A model generated the notes under the pieces. It was not told the origin of the DNA. It worked only from the letters and a program-made list of their open reading frames with translations, and made no database searches. From NCBI GenBank assembly GCA_964016885.1, contig OZ024741.1, forward strand, positions 209,746,001 to 209,810,000: 64,000 bases of DNA, given 5' to 3'. Below, in pieces: positions 42,401 to 57,000 of the stretch. Source of the stretch: Eledone cirrhosa. Lineage: Eukaryota. The translations under genes were made by a program, and so were the position numbers. How positions within the stretch are numbered: the stretch's first letter is position 1; each line of letters begins with the position of its first letter.

Positions 42401-45400
42401 ACTTAACTTAACCGCAACTTAGCTTAACCCCAACCCTTGGTGGAATCGATCTGTAATTACTGGTACATGTGCAGACACTCATTGGCTGTCTGTGGCCTGA
42501 TTTTCAGAAAGATATCTCCGTAAAATAACGAGTGGTGGCTGCGTAAAATAATGAATTACGCACGAAAATGAGAAAATTTCGATTCTCGATCGTGGGCCGG
42601 CCGGATGTCGGATCGATTCGTAAATACAAGGATAATGTGCGGAAACTCCTTGCCTGTGTGCCGCATGATTTTCAGGACGATATCTCCGTAAAATCAAGAG
42701 TTGATAACCCCAACTTAACTTAACCCCAACTTAACTTAACCGCAACTTAACTTAACCGCAACCTAACTTAACCCCAACTTAACTTAACCGCAACCTAACT
42801 TAACCCCAACTTAACTTAACCGCAACTTAACTTAACCCCAACCTAACTTAACCCCAACTTAACTTAACCGCAACTTAACTTAACCGCAACCTAACTTAAC
42901 TCCAACTTAACTTAACCGCAACTTAACTTAACCGCAACTTAGCTTAACCCCAACCCTTGGTGGGATTGATCTGTAATTACTGGTACATGTGCAGACACTC
43001 ATTGGCTGTGTGTGGCCTGATTTTCAGAAAGATATCTCCGTAAAATAACGAGTGGTGGCTGCGTAAAATAATGAATTACGCACGAAAATGAGAAAATTTC
43101 GATTCTCGATCGTGGGCCGGCCGGATGTCGGATCGATTCGTAAATACAAGGATAATGTGCGGACACTCCTTGCCTGTGAGCCGCATGATTTTCAGGACGA
43201 TATCTCCGTAAAATCAAGAGTTGATAACCCCAACTTAACTTAACCCCAACTTAACTTAACCGCAACTTAACTTAACCGCAACCTAACTTAACCCCAACTT
43301 AACTTAACCGCAACCTAACTTAACCCCAACTTAACTTAACCGCAACTTAACTTAACCCGAACCTAACTTAACCCCAACTTAACTTAACCGCAACTTAACT
43401 TAACCGCAACCTAACTTAACCCCAACTTAACTTAACCGCAACTTAACTTAACCGCAACTTAGCTTAACCCCAACCCTTAGTGGGATCGATCTGTAATTAC
43501 TGGTACATGTGCAGACACTCATTGGCTGTGTGTGGCCTGATTTTCAGAAAGATATCTCCGTAAAATAACGAGTGGTGGCTGCGTAAAATAATGAATTACG
43601 CACGAAAATGAGAAAATTTCGATTCTCGATCGTGGGCCGGCTGGTTGTCGGATCGATTCGTAAATACAAGGATAATGTGCGGACACTCCTTGCCTGTGTG
43701 CCGCATGATTTTCAGGACGATATCTCCGTAAAATCAAGAGTTGATAACCCCAACTTAACTTAACCCCAACTTAACTTAACCGCAACTTAACTTAACCGCA
43801 ACCTAACTTAACCCCAACTTAACTTAACCGCAACCTAACTTAACCCCAACTTAACTTAACCGCAACTTAACTTAACCCCAACCTAACTTAACCCCAACTT
43901 AACTTAACCGCAACTTAACTTAACCGCAACCTAACTTAACCCCAACTTAACTTAACCGCAACTTAACTTAACCGCAACTTAGCTTAACCCCAACCCTTGG
44001 TGGGATCGATCTGTAATTACTGGTACATGTGCAGACACTCATTGGCTGTGTGTGGCCTGATTTTCAGAAAGATATCTCCGTAAAATAACGAGTGGTGGCT
44101 GCGTAAAATAATGAATTACGCACGAAAATGATAAAATTTCGATTCTCGATCGTGGGCCGGCCGGATGTCGGATCGATTCGTAAATACAAGGATAATGTGC
44201 GGACACTCCTTGGCTGTGTGCGGCATGATTTTCAGGACGATATCTCCGTAAAATCAAGAGTTGATAACCCCAACTTAACTTAACCCCAACTTAACTTAAC
44301 CGCAACTTTACTTAACCGCAACCTAACTTAACCCCAACTTAACTTAACCGCAACCTAACTTAACTTAACCGCAACTTAACTTAACCGCAACCTAACTTAA
44401 CCCCAACTTAACTTAACCGCAACTTAACTTAACCGCAACTTAGCTTAATCCCAACCCTTGGTGGGATCGATCTGTAATTACTGGTACATATGCAGACACT
44501 CATTGGCTGTGTGTGGCCTGATTTTCAGAAAGATATCTCCGTAAAATAACGAGTGGTGGCTGCGTAAAATAATGAATTACGCACGCAAATGAGAAAATTT
44601 CGATTCTCGATCGTGGGCCGGCCGGATGTCGGATCGATTCGTAAATACAAGGATAATGTGCGGACACCCCTTGGCTGTGTGCGTCATGATTTTCAGGACG
44701 ATATCTCCGTGAAATCAAGAGTTGATAACCCCAACTTAACTTAACCCCAACTTAACTTAACCGCAACTTAACTTAACCGCAACCTAACTTAACCCCAACT
44801 TAACTTAACCGCAACCTAACTTAACCCCAACTTAACTTAACCGCAACTTAACTTAACCCCAACCTAACTTAACCCCAACTTAACTTAACCGCAACTTAAC
44901 TTAACCGCAACCTAACTTAACCCCAACTTAACTTAACCGCAACTTAACTTAACCGCAACTTAGCTTAACCCCAACCCTTGGTGGGATCGATCTGTAATTA
45001 CTGGTACATGTGCAGACACTCATTGGCTGTGTGTGGCCTGATTTTCAGAAAGATATCTCCGTAAAATAACGAGTGGTGGCTGCGTAAAATAATGAATTAC
45101 GCACGAAAATGAGAAAATTTCGATTCTCGATCGTGGGCCGGCCGGATGTCGGATCGATTCGTAAATACAAGGATAATGTGCGGACACTCCTTGGCTGTGT
45201 GCGGCATGATTTTCAGGACGATATCTCCGTAAAATCAAGAGTTGATAACCCCAACTTAACTTAACCCCAACTTAACTTAACCGCAACTTAACTTAACCGC
45301 AACCTAACTTAACCCCAACTTAACTTAACCGCAACCTAACTTAACCCCAACTTAACTTAACCGCAACTTAACTTAACCCCAACCTAACTTAACCCCAACT

Positions 45401-46016
45401 TAACTTAACCGCAACTTAACTTAACCGCAACCTAACTTAACCCCAACTTAACTTAACCGCAACTTAACTTAACCGCAACTTAGCTTAACCCCAACCCTTG
45501 GTGGGATCGATCTGTAATTACTGGTACATGTGCAGACACTCATTGGCTGTGTGTGGCCTGATTTTCAGAAAGATATCTCCGTAAAATAACGAGTGGTGGC
45601 TGCGTAAAATAATGAATTACGCACGAAAATGAGAAAATTTCGATTCTCGATCGTGGGCCGGCCGGATGTCGGATCGATTCGTAAATACAAGCATAATGTG
45701 CGGACACTCCTTGTCTGTGTGCGGCATGATTTTCAGGACGATATCTCCGTAAAATCAAGAGTTGATAACCCCAACTTAACTTAACCCCAACTTAACTTAA
45801 CCGCAACTTAACTTAACCGCAACCTAACTTAACCCCAACTTAACTTAACCGCAACCTAACTTAACCCCAACTTAACTTAACCGCAACTTAACTTAACCCC
45901 AACCTAACTTAACCCCAACTTAACTTAACCGCAACTTAACTTAACCGCAACCTAACTTAACCCCAACTTAACTTAACCGCAATTTAACTTAACCGCAACT
46001 TAGCTTAACCCCAACC
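35352..46016. repeat. 11-monomer HOR, 5676 bp, two copies (the first shortened by the 688-bp deletion)
   Basis: Private markers repeat at +5676 (38581/44257, 39042/44718, 40082/45758): TGGAATCG, ATGATAAAA, a 461-bp monomer, CACGCAAAT/CCGTGAAAT and ACAAGCATA. Confidence 0.9.
36392..36493. repeat. Truncated hybrid core (102 bp): A/B repeat fusion
   Basis: The sequence reads CAGAAAGATATCTCCGTAAAATCAAGAGTTGAT, i.e. an A-type left side joined to a B-type right side. 270-168=102. Confidence 0.95.
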
Positions 46017-49000
46017 CTTGGTGGGATCGATCTGTAATTACTGGTACATGTGCAGACACTCATTGGCTGTGTGTGGCCTGATTTTCAGAAAGATATCTCC
46101 GTAAAATAACGAGTGGTGGCTGCGTAAAATAATGAATTACGCACGAAAATGTGAAAATTTCGATTCTCGATCGTGGGCCGGCCGGATGTCGGATCGATTC
46201 GTAAATACAAGGATAATGTGCGGACACTCCTTGGCTGTGTGCGGCATGATTTTCAGGACGATATCTCCGTAAAATCAAGAGTTGATAACCCCAACTTAAC
46301 TTAACCCCAACTTAACTTAACCGCAACTTAACTTAACCGCAACCTAACTTAACCCCAACTTAACTTAACCGCAACCTAACTTAACCCCAACTTAACTTAA
46401 CCGCAACTTAACTTAACCCCAACCTAACTTAACCCCAACTTAACTTAACCGCAACTTAACTTAACCGCAACCTAACTTAACCCCAACTTAACTTAACCGC
46501 AACTTAACTTAACCGCAACTTAGCTTAACCCCAACCCTTGGTGGGATCGATCTGTAATTACTGGTACATGTGCAGACACTCATTGGCTGTGTGTGGCCTG
46601 ATTTTCAGAAAGATATCTCCGTAAAATAACGAGTGGTGGCTGCGTAAAATAATGAATTACGCACGAAAATGAGAAAATTTCGATTCTCGATCGTGGGCCG
46701 ACCGGATGTCGCATCGATTCGTAAATAGAAGGATAATGTGCGGACACTCCTTGGCTGTGTGCGGCATGATTTTCAGGACGATATTTCCGTAAAATCAAGA
46801 GTTGATAACCCCAACTTAACTTAACCCCAACTTAACTTAACCCCAACTTAACTTAACCGCAACCTAACTTAACCCCAACTTAACTTAACCCCAACCTAAC
46901 TTAACCCCAACTTAACTTAACCGCAACTTAACTTAACCGCAACCTAACTTAACCCCAACTTAACTTAACCGCAACCTAACTTAACCCCAACTTAACTTAA
47001 CCGCAACTTAACTTAACCCCAACCTAACTTAACCCCAACTTAACTTAACCGCAACTTAACTTAACCGCAACCTAACTTAACCCCAACTTAACTTAACCGC
47101 AACTTAACTTAACCGCAACTTAGCTTAACCCCAACCCTTGGTGGGATCGATCTGTAATTACTGGTACATGTGCAGACACTCATTGGCTGTGTGTGGCCTG
47201 ATTTTCAGAAAGATATCTCCGTAAAATAACGAGTGGTGGCTGCGTAAAATAATGAATTACGCACGAAAATGTGAAAATTTCGATTCTCGATCGTGGGCCG
47301 GCCGGATGTCGGATCGATTCGTAAATACAAGGATAATGTGCGGACACTCCTTGGCTGTGTGCGGCATGATTTTCAGGACGATATCTCCGTAAAATCAAGA
47401 GTTGATAACCCCAACTTAACTTAACCCCAACTTAACTTAACCGCAACTTAACTTAACCGCAACCTAACTTAACCCCAACTTAACTTAACCGCAACCTAAC
47501 TTAACCCCAACTTAACTTAACCGCAACTTAACTTAACCCCAACCTAACTTAACTCCAACTTAATTTAACCGCAACTTAACTTAACCGCAACCTAACTTAA
47601 CCCCAACTTAATTTAACCGCAACTTAACTTAACCGCAACTTAGCTTAACCCCAACCCTTGGTGGGATCGATCTGTAATTACTGGTACATGTGCAGACACT
47701 CATTGGCTGTGTGTGGCCTGATTTTCAGAAAGATATCTCCGTAAAATAACGAGTGGTGGCTGCGTAAAATAATGAATTACGCACGAAAATGAGAAAATTT
47801 CGATTCTCGATCGTGGGCCGGCCGGATGTTGCATCGATTCGTAAATAGAAGGATAATGTGCGGACACTCCTTGGCTGTGTGCGGCATGATTTTCAGGACG
47901 ATATTTCCGTAAAATCAAGAGTTGATAACCCCAACTTAACTTAACCCCAACTTAACTTAACCCCAACTTAACTTAACCGCAACCTAACTTAACCCCAACT
48001 TAACTTAACCCCAACCTAACTTAACCCCAACTTAACTTAACCGCAACTTAACTTAACCGCAACCTAACTTAACCCCAACTTAACTTAACCGCAACTTAAC
48101 TTAACCGCAACTTAGCTTAACCCCAACCCTTGGTGGGATCGATCTGTAATTACTGGTACATGTGCAGACACTCATTGGCTGTGTATGGCCTGATTTTCAG
48201 AAAGATATCTCCGTAAAATAACGAGTGGTGGCTGCGTAAAATAATGAATTACGCACGAAAATGAGAAAATTTCGATTCTCGGTCGTGGCCCGGCCGGATG
48301 TCGGATCGATTCGTAATTACAAGGATAATGTGCGGACATCCTTGGCTGTGTGCGGCATGATTTTCAGGACGATATCTCCGTAAAATCAAGAGTTGATAAC
48401 CCCAACTTAACTTAACCCCAACTTAACTTAACCGCAACTTAACTTAACCGCAACCTAACTTAACCCCAACTTAACTTAACCGCAACTTAACTTAACCCCA
48501 ACCTAACTTAACCCCAACTTAACTTAACCGCAACTTAACTTAACCGCAACCTAACTTAACCCCAACTTAACTTAACCGCAACTTAACTTAAGCGCAACTT
48601 AGCTTAACCCCAACCCTTGGTGGGATCGATCTGTAATTACTGGTACATGTGCAGACACTCATTGACTGTGTGTGGCCTGATTTTCAGAAAGATATCTCCG
48701 TAAAATAACGAGTGGTGGCTGCGTAAATAATGAATTACGCACGAAAATGAGAAAATTTCGATTCGCGATTGTGGGCCGGCCGGATGTCGGATCGATTCGT
48801 AAATACAAGGATAATGTGCGGACACTCCTTGGCTGTGTGCGGCATGATTTTCAGGACGATATCTCCGTAAAATCAAGAGTTGATAACCCCAACTTAACTT
48901 AACCCCAACTTAACTTAACCGCAACTTAACTTAACCGCAACCTAACTTAACCCCAACTTAACTTAACCGCAACCTAACTTAACCCCAACTTAACTTAACC

Positions 49001-52000
49001 GCAACTTAACTTAACCCCAACCTAACTTAACCCCAACTTAACTTAACCGCAACTTAACTTAACCTCAACCTAACTTAACCCCAACTTAACTTAACCGCAA
49101 CTTAACTTAACCGCAACTTAGCTTAACCCCAACGCTTGGTGGGATCGATCTGTAATTACTGGTACATGTGCAGACACTCATTGGCTGTGTGTGGCCTGAT
49201 TTTCAGAAAGATATCTCCGTAAAATAACGAGTGGTGGCTGCGTAAAATAATGAATTACGCACGAAAATGAGAAAATTTCGATTCTCGATCGTGGCCCGGC
49301 CGGATGTCGGATCGATTCGTAATTACAAGGATAATGTGCGGACACTCCTTGGCTGTGTGCGGCATGATTTTCAGGACGATATCTCCGTAAAATCAAGAGT
49401 TGATAACCCCAACTTCACTTAACCCCAACTTAACTTAACCGTAACTTAAATTAACCGCAACCTAACTTAACCCCAACTTAACTTAACCGCAACCTAACTT
49501 AACCCCAACTTAACTTAACCGCAACTTAACTTAACCCCAACCTAACTTAACCCCAACTTAACTTAACCGCAACTTAACTTAACCTCAACCTAACTTAGCC
49601 CCAACTTAACTTAACCGCAACTTAACTTAAGCGCAACTTAGCTTAACCCCAACCCTTGGTGGGATCGATCTGTAATTAGTGGTACATGTGCAGACACTCA
49701 TTGACTGTGTGTGGCCTGATTTTCAGAAAGATATCTCCGTAAAATAACGAGTGGTAGCTGCGTAAATAATGAATTACGCACGAAAATGAGAAAATTTCGA
49801 TTCTCGATCGTGGGCCGGCCGGATGTCGGATCGATTCGTAAATACAAGGATAATGTGCGGACACTCCTTGCCTGTGTGCCGCGTGATTTTCAGGTCGATA
49901 TCTCCGTAAAATCAAGAGTTGATAACCCCAACTTAACTTAACCCCAACTTAACTTAACCGCAACTTAACTTAACCGCAACCTAACTTAACCTCAACTTAA
50001 CTTAACCGCAACCTAACTTAACCCCAACTTAACTTAACCGCAACTTAACTTAACCCCAACCTAACTTAACCCCAACTTAACTTAACCGCAACTTAACTTA
50101 ACCGAAACCTAAATTAACCCCAATTTAACTTAACCGCAACTTAACTTAACAGCAACTTAGCTTAACCCCAACCTTTGGTGGGATCGATCTGTAATTACTG
50201 GTACATGTGCAGACACTCATTGGCTGTGTGTGGTCTGATTTTCAGAAAGATATCTCCGTAAAATAACGAGTGGTGGCTGCGTAAAATAATGAATTACGCA
50301 CGAAAATGAGAAAATTTCGATTCTCGATCGTGGGCCGGCCGGATGTCGGATCGATTCGTACATACAAGGATAATGTGCGGACACTCCTTGCCTGTGTGCC
50401 GCATGATTTTCAGGACGATATCTCCGTAAAATCAAGAGTTGATAACCCCAACTTAACTTAATCCCAACTTAACTTAACCGCAACCTAACTTAACCCCAAA
50501 TTAACTTAACCGCAACCTAACTTAACCCCAACTTAACTTAACCGCAACTTAACTTAACCCCAACCTAACTTAACCCCAACTTAACTTAACCGCAACTTAA
50601 CTTAACCTCAACCTAAATTAACCCCAACTTAACTTAACCGCAACTTAACTTAACCGCAACTTAGCTTAACCCCAACCCTTGGTGGGATCGATCTGTAATT
50701 ACTGGTACATGTGCAGACACTCATTGGCTGTGTGTGGCCTGATTTTCAGAAAGATATCTCCGTAAAATAACGAGTGGTGGCTGCGTAAAATAATGAATTA
50801 CGCACGAAAATGAGAAAATTTCGATTCTCGATCGTGGGCCGGCCGGATGTCGGATCGATTCGTACATACAAGGATAATGTGCGGACACTCCTTGCCTGTG
50901 TGCCGCATGATTTTCAGGACGATATCTCCGTAAAATCAAGAGTTGATAACCCCAACTTAACTTAACCCCAACTTAACCTAACCGCAACTTAACTTAACCG
51001 CAACCTAACTTAACCCCAACTTAACTTAACCGCAACTTAACTTAACCGCAACTTAGCTTAACCCCAACCCTTGGTGGGATCGATCTGTAATTACTGGTAC
51101 ATGTGCAGACACTCATTGGCTGTGTGTGCCCTGATTTTCAGAAAGATATCTCCGTAAAATAACGAGTGGTGGCTGCGTAAAATAATGAATTACGCACGAA
51201 AATGAGAAAATTTCAATTCTCGATCGTGGGCCGGACGGATGTCGGATCGATTCGTAAATACAAGGATAATGTGCGGACACTCCTTGGCTGTGTGCGGCAT
51301 GATTTTCAGGACGATATCTCCGTAAAATCAAGAGTTGATAACCCCAACTTAACTTAACCCCAACTTAACTTAACCGCAACTTAACTTAACCGCAACCTAA
51401 CTTAACCCCAACTTAACTTAACCGCAACTTAACTTAACCCCAACCTAACTTAACCCCAACTTAATTTAACCGCAACTTAACTTAACCGCAACCTAACTTA
51501 ACCCCAATTTAACTTAACCGCAACTTAACTTAACCGCAACTTAGCTTAACCCCAACCCTTGGTAGGATCGATCTGTAATTACTGGGACATGTGCAGACAC
51601 TCATTGGCTGTGTGTGGCCTGATTTTCAGAAAGATATCTCCGTAAAATAAGGAGTGGTGGCTGCGTAAAATAATGAATTACGCACGAAAATGAGAAAATT
51701 TCGATTCTCGATCGTGGGCCGGCCGGATGTCGGATCGATTCGTAAATACAAGGATAATGTGCGGACACTCCTTGGCTGTGTGCGGCATGATTTTCAGGAC
51801 GATATCTCCGTAAAATCAAGAGTTGATAACCCTAACTTAACTTAACCCCAACTTAACTTAACCGCAACTTAACTTAACCGCAACCTAACTTAACCCCAAC
51901 TTAACTTAACCGCAACCTAACTTAACCCCAACTTAACTTAACCGCAACTTAACTTAACCCCAACCTAACTTAACCCCAACTTAACTTAACCGCAACTTAA

Positions 52001-53481
52001 CTTAACCGCAACCTAACTTAACCCCAACTTAACTTAACCGCAACTTAACTTAACCCCAACCTAACTTAACCCCAACTTAACTTAACCCCAATTTAACTTA
52101 ACCGCAACTTAACTTAACCGCAACTTAGCTTAACCCCAACCCTTGGTGGGATCGATCTGTAATTAGTGGGACATGTGCAGACACTCATTGGCTGTGTGTG
52201 CCCTGATTTTCAGAAAGATATCTCCGTAAAATAACGAGTGGTGGCTGCGTAAAATAATGAATTACGCACGAAAATGAGAAAATTTCAATTCTCGATCGTG
52301 GGCCGGACGGATGTCGGATCGATTCGTAAATACAAGGATAATGTGCGGACACTCCTCGCCTGTGTGCGGCATGATTTTCAGGACGATATCTCCGTAAAAT
52401 CAAGAGTTGATAACCCCAACTTAACTTAACCCCAACTTAACTTAACCGCAACTTAACTTAACCGCAACCTAACTTAACCCCAACTTAACTTAACCGCAAC
52501 TTAACTTAACCCCAACCTAACTTAACCCCAACTTAACTTAACCGCAACTTAACTTAACCGCAACCTAACTTAACCCCAACTTAACTTAACCGCAACTTAA
52601 CTTAACCGCAACTTAGCTTAACCCCAACCCTTGGTGGGATCGATCTTTAATTACTGGTACATGTGCAGACACTCATTGGCTGTGTGTGGCCTGATTTTCA
52701 GAAAGATATCTCCGTAAAATAACGAGTGGTGGCTGCGTAAAATAATGAATTACGCACGAAAATGAGAAAATTTCGATTCTCGATCGTGGGCCGGCCGGAT
52801 GTCGGATCGATTCGTAAATACAAGGATAATGTGCGGACACTCCTTGGCTGTGTGCGGCATGATTTTCAGGACGATATCTCCGTAAAATCAAGAGTTGATA
52901 ACCCTAACTTAACTTAACCCCAACTTAACTTAACCGCAACTTAACTTAACCGCAACCTAACTTAACCCCAACTTAACTTAACCGCAACCTAACTTAACCC
53001 CAACTTAACTTAACCGCAACTTAACTTAACCCCAACCTAACTTAACCCCAACTTAACTTAACCGCAACTTAACTTAACCGCAACCTAACTTAACCCCAAC
53101 TTAACTTAACCGCAACTTAACTTAACCCCAACCTAACTTAACCCCAACTTAACTTAACCCCAATTTAACTTAACCGCAACTTAACTTAACCTCAACTTAG
53201 CTTAACCCCAACCCTTGGTGGGATCGATCTGTAATTACTGGTATATGTGCAGACACTCATTGGCTGTGTGGCCTGATTTTCAGAAAGATATCTCCGTAAA
53301 ATAACGAGTGGTGGCTGCGTAAAATAATGAATTACGCACGAAAATGAGAAAATTTCGATTCTCGATCGTGGGCCGGCCGGATGTCGGATCGATTCGTACA
53401 TACAAGGATAATGTGCGGACACTCCTTGCCTGTGTGCCGCATGATTTTCAGGACGATATCTCCGTAAAATCAAGAGTTGAC

Positions 53482-54046
53482 AACCCCAACTTAACTTAAC
53501 CCCAACTTAACTTAACCGCAACTTAACTTAACCGCAACCTAACTTAACCCCAACTTAACCGCAACCTAACTTAACCCCAACTTAACTTAACCCCAACTTA
53601 ACTTAACCGCAACTTAACTTAACCTCAACCTAACTTAACCCCAACTTAACTTAACCGCAACTTAACTTAACCGCAACTTAACTTAACCGCAACCTAACTT
53701 AACCCCAACTTAACTTAACCGCAACCTAACTTAACCCCAACTTAACTTAACCCCAACTTAACTTAACCGCAACTTAACTTAACCTCAACCTAACTTAACC
53801 CCAACTTAACTTAACCCCAACTTAACTTAACCGCAACTTAACTTAACCCCAACCTAACTTAACCCCAACTTAACTTAACCGCAACCTAACTTAACCCCAA
53901 CTTAACTTAACCGCAACTTAACTTAACCCCAACCTAACTTAACCCCAACTTAACTTAACCGCAACTTAACTTAACCTCAACCTAACTTAACCCCAACTTA
54001 ACTTAACCGCAACTTAACTTAACCGCAACTTAGCTTAACCCCAACC
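53482..54046. repeat. Expanded minisatellite, 35 units with one 5-bp loss (565 bp)
   Basis: Uninterrupted 16-bp units between GAGTTGAC and CTTGGTGGG. 35x16+10-5=565. Confidence 0.92.
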
Positions 54047-57000
54047 CTTGGTGGGATCGATCTGTAATTACTGGTACATGTGCAGACACTCATTGACTGT
54101 GTGTGGCCTGATTTTCAGAAATATATCTCCGTAAAATAACGAGTGGTGGCTGCGTAAAATAATGAATTACGCACGAAAATGAGAAAATTTCGATTCTCGA
54201 TCGTGGCCCGGCCGGATGTCGGATCGATTCGTAATTACAAGGATAATGTGCGGACACTCCTTGGCTGTGTGCGGCATGATTTTCAGGACGATATCTCCGT
54301 AAAATCAAGAGTTGATAACCCCAACTTCACTTAACCCCAACTTAACTTAACCGTAACTTAAATTAACCGCAACCTAACTTAACCCCAACTTAACTTAACC
54401 GCAACCTAACTTAACCCCAACTTAACTTAACCGCAACTTAACTTAACCCCAACCTAACTTAACCCCAACTTAACTTAACCGCAACTTAACTTAACCTCAA
54501 CCTAACTTAACCCCAACTTAACTTAACCGCAACTTAACTTAAGCGCAACTTAGCTTAACCCCAACCCTTGGTGGGATCGATCTGTAATTACTGGTACATG
54601 TGCAGACACTCATTGGCTGTGTGTGGCCTGATTTTCAGAAAGATATCTCCGTCAAATAACGAGTGGTGGCTGCGTAAAATAATGAATTACGCACGAAAAT
54701 GAGAAAATTTCGATTCTCGATCGTGGGCCGGCCGGATGTCGGATCTATTCGTAAATACAAGGATAATGTGCGGACGCTCCTTGCCTGTGTGCCGCATGAT
54801 TTTCAGGACGATATCTCCGTAAAATCAAGAGTTGATAACCCCAACTTAACTTAACCCCAACTTAACTTAACCGCAACTTAACTTAACCGCAACCTAACTT
54901 AACCCCAACTTAACTTAACCGCAACCTAACTTAACCCCAACTTAACTTAACCGCAACTTAACTTAACCCCAACCTAACTTAACCCCAACTTAACTTAACC
55001 GCAACTTAACTTAACCGCAACCTAACTTAACCCCAATTTAACTTAACCGCAACTTAACTTAACCGCAACTTAGCTTAACCCCAACCCTTGGTGGGATCGA
55101 TCTGTAATTACTGGTAGATGTGCAGACACTCATTGGCTGTGTGTGGCCTGATTTTCAGAAAGATATCTCCGTAAAATAACGAGTGGTGGCTGCGTAAATT
55201 AATGAATTACGCACGAAAATGAGAAAATTTCGATTCTCGATCGTGGGCCGGCCGGATGTCGGATCGATTCGTAAATACAAGGATAATGTGCGGACACTCC
55301 TTGCCTGTGTGCCGCGTGATTTTCAGGACGATATCTCCGTAAAATCAAGAGTTGATAACCCCAACTTAACTTAACCCCAACTTAACTTAACCGCAAGTTA
55401 ACTTAACCGCAACCTAACTTAACCCCAACTTAACTTAACCCCAACTTAACTTAACCGCAACCTAACTTAACCCCAACTTAACTTAACCGCAACTTAACTT
55501 AACCCCAACCTAACTTAACCTCAACTTAACTTAACCGCAACTTAACTTAACCTCAACCTAACTTAACCCCAACTTAACTTAACCGCAACTTAACTTAAGC
55601 GCAACTTAGCTTAACCCCAACCCTTGGTGGGATCGATCTGTAATTAGTGGTACATGTGCAGACACTCATTGACTGTGTGTGGCCTGATTTTCAGAAAGAT
55701 ATCTCCGTAAAATAACGAGTGGTAGCTGCGTAAATAATGAATTACGCACGAAAATGAGAAAATTTCGATTCTCGATCGTGGGCCGGCCGGATGTCGGATC
55801 GATTCGTAAATACAAGGATAATGTGCGGACACTCCTTGCCTGTGTGCCGCGTGATTTTCAGGTCGATATCTCCGTAAAATCAAGAGTTGATAACCCCAAC
55901 TTAACTTAACCCCAACTTAACTTAACCGCAACTTAACTTAACCGCAACCTAACTTAACCCCAACTTAACTTAACCGCAACCTAACTTAACCCCAACTTAA
56001 CTTAACCGCAACTTAACTTAACCCCAACCTAACTTAACCCCAACTTAACTTAACCGCAACTTAACTTAACTGAAACCTAAATTAACCCCAATTTAACTTA
56101 ACCGCAACTTAACTTAACAGCAACTTAGCTTAACCCCAACCTTTGGTGGGATCGATCTGTAATTACTGGTACATGTGCAGACACTCATTGGCTGTGTGTG
56201 GTCTGATTTTCAGAAAGATATCTCCGTAAAATAACGAGTGGTGGCTGCGTAAAATAATGAATTACGCACGAAAATGAGAAAATTTCGATTCTCGATCGTG
56301 GGCCGGCCGGATGTCGGATCGATTCGTACATACAAGGATAATGTGCGGACACTCCTTGCCTGTGTGCCGCATGATTTTCAGGACGATATCTCCGTAAAAT
56401 CAAGAGTTGATAACCCCAACTTAACTTAATCCCAACTTAACTTAACCGCAACCTAACTTAACCCCAAATTAACTTAACCGCAACCTAACTTAACCCCAAC
56501 TTAACTTAACCGCAACTTAACTTAACCCCAACCTAACTTAACCCCAACTTAACTTAACCGCAACTTAACTTAACCTCAACCTAAATTAACCCCAACTTAA
56601 CTTAACCGCAACTTAACTTAACCGCAACTTAGCTTAACCCCAACCCTTGGTGGGATCGATCTGTAATTACTGGTACACGTGCAGACACTCATTGGCTGTG
56701 TGTGGCCTGATTTTCAGAAAGATATCTCCGTAAAATAACGAGTGGTGGCTGCGTAAAATAATGAATTACGCACGAAAATGAGAAAATTTCGATTCTCGAT
56801 CGTGGGCCGGCCGGATGTCGGATCGATTCGTACATACAAGGATAATGTGCGGACACTCCTTGCCTGTGTGCCGCATGATTTTCAGGACGATATCTCCGTA
56901 AAATCAAGAGTTGATAACCCCAACTTAACTTAACCCCAACTTAACTTAACCGCAACTTAACTTAACCGCAACCTAACTTAACCCCAACTTAACTTAACCG

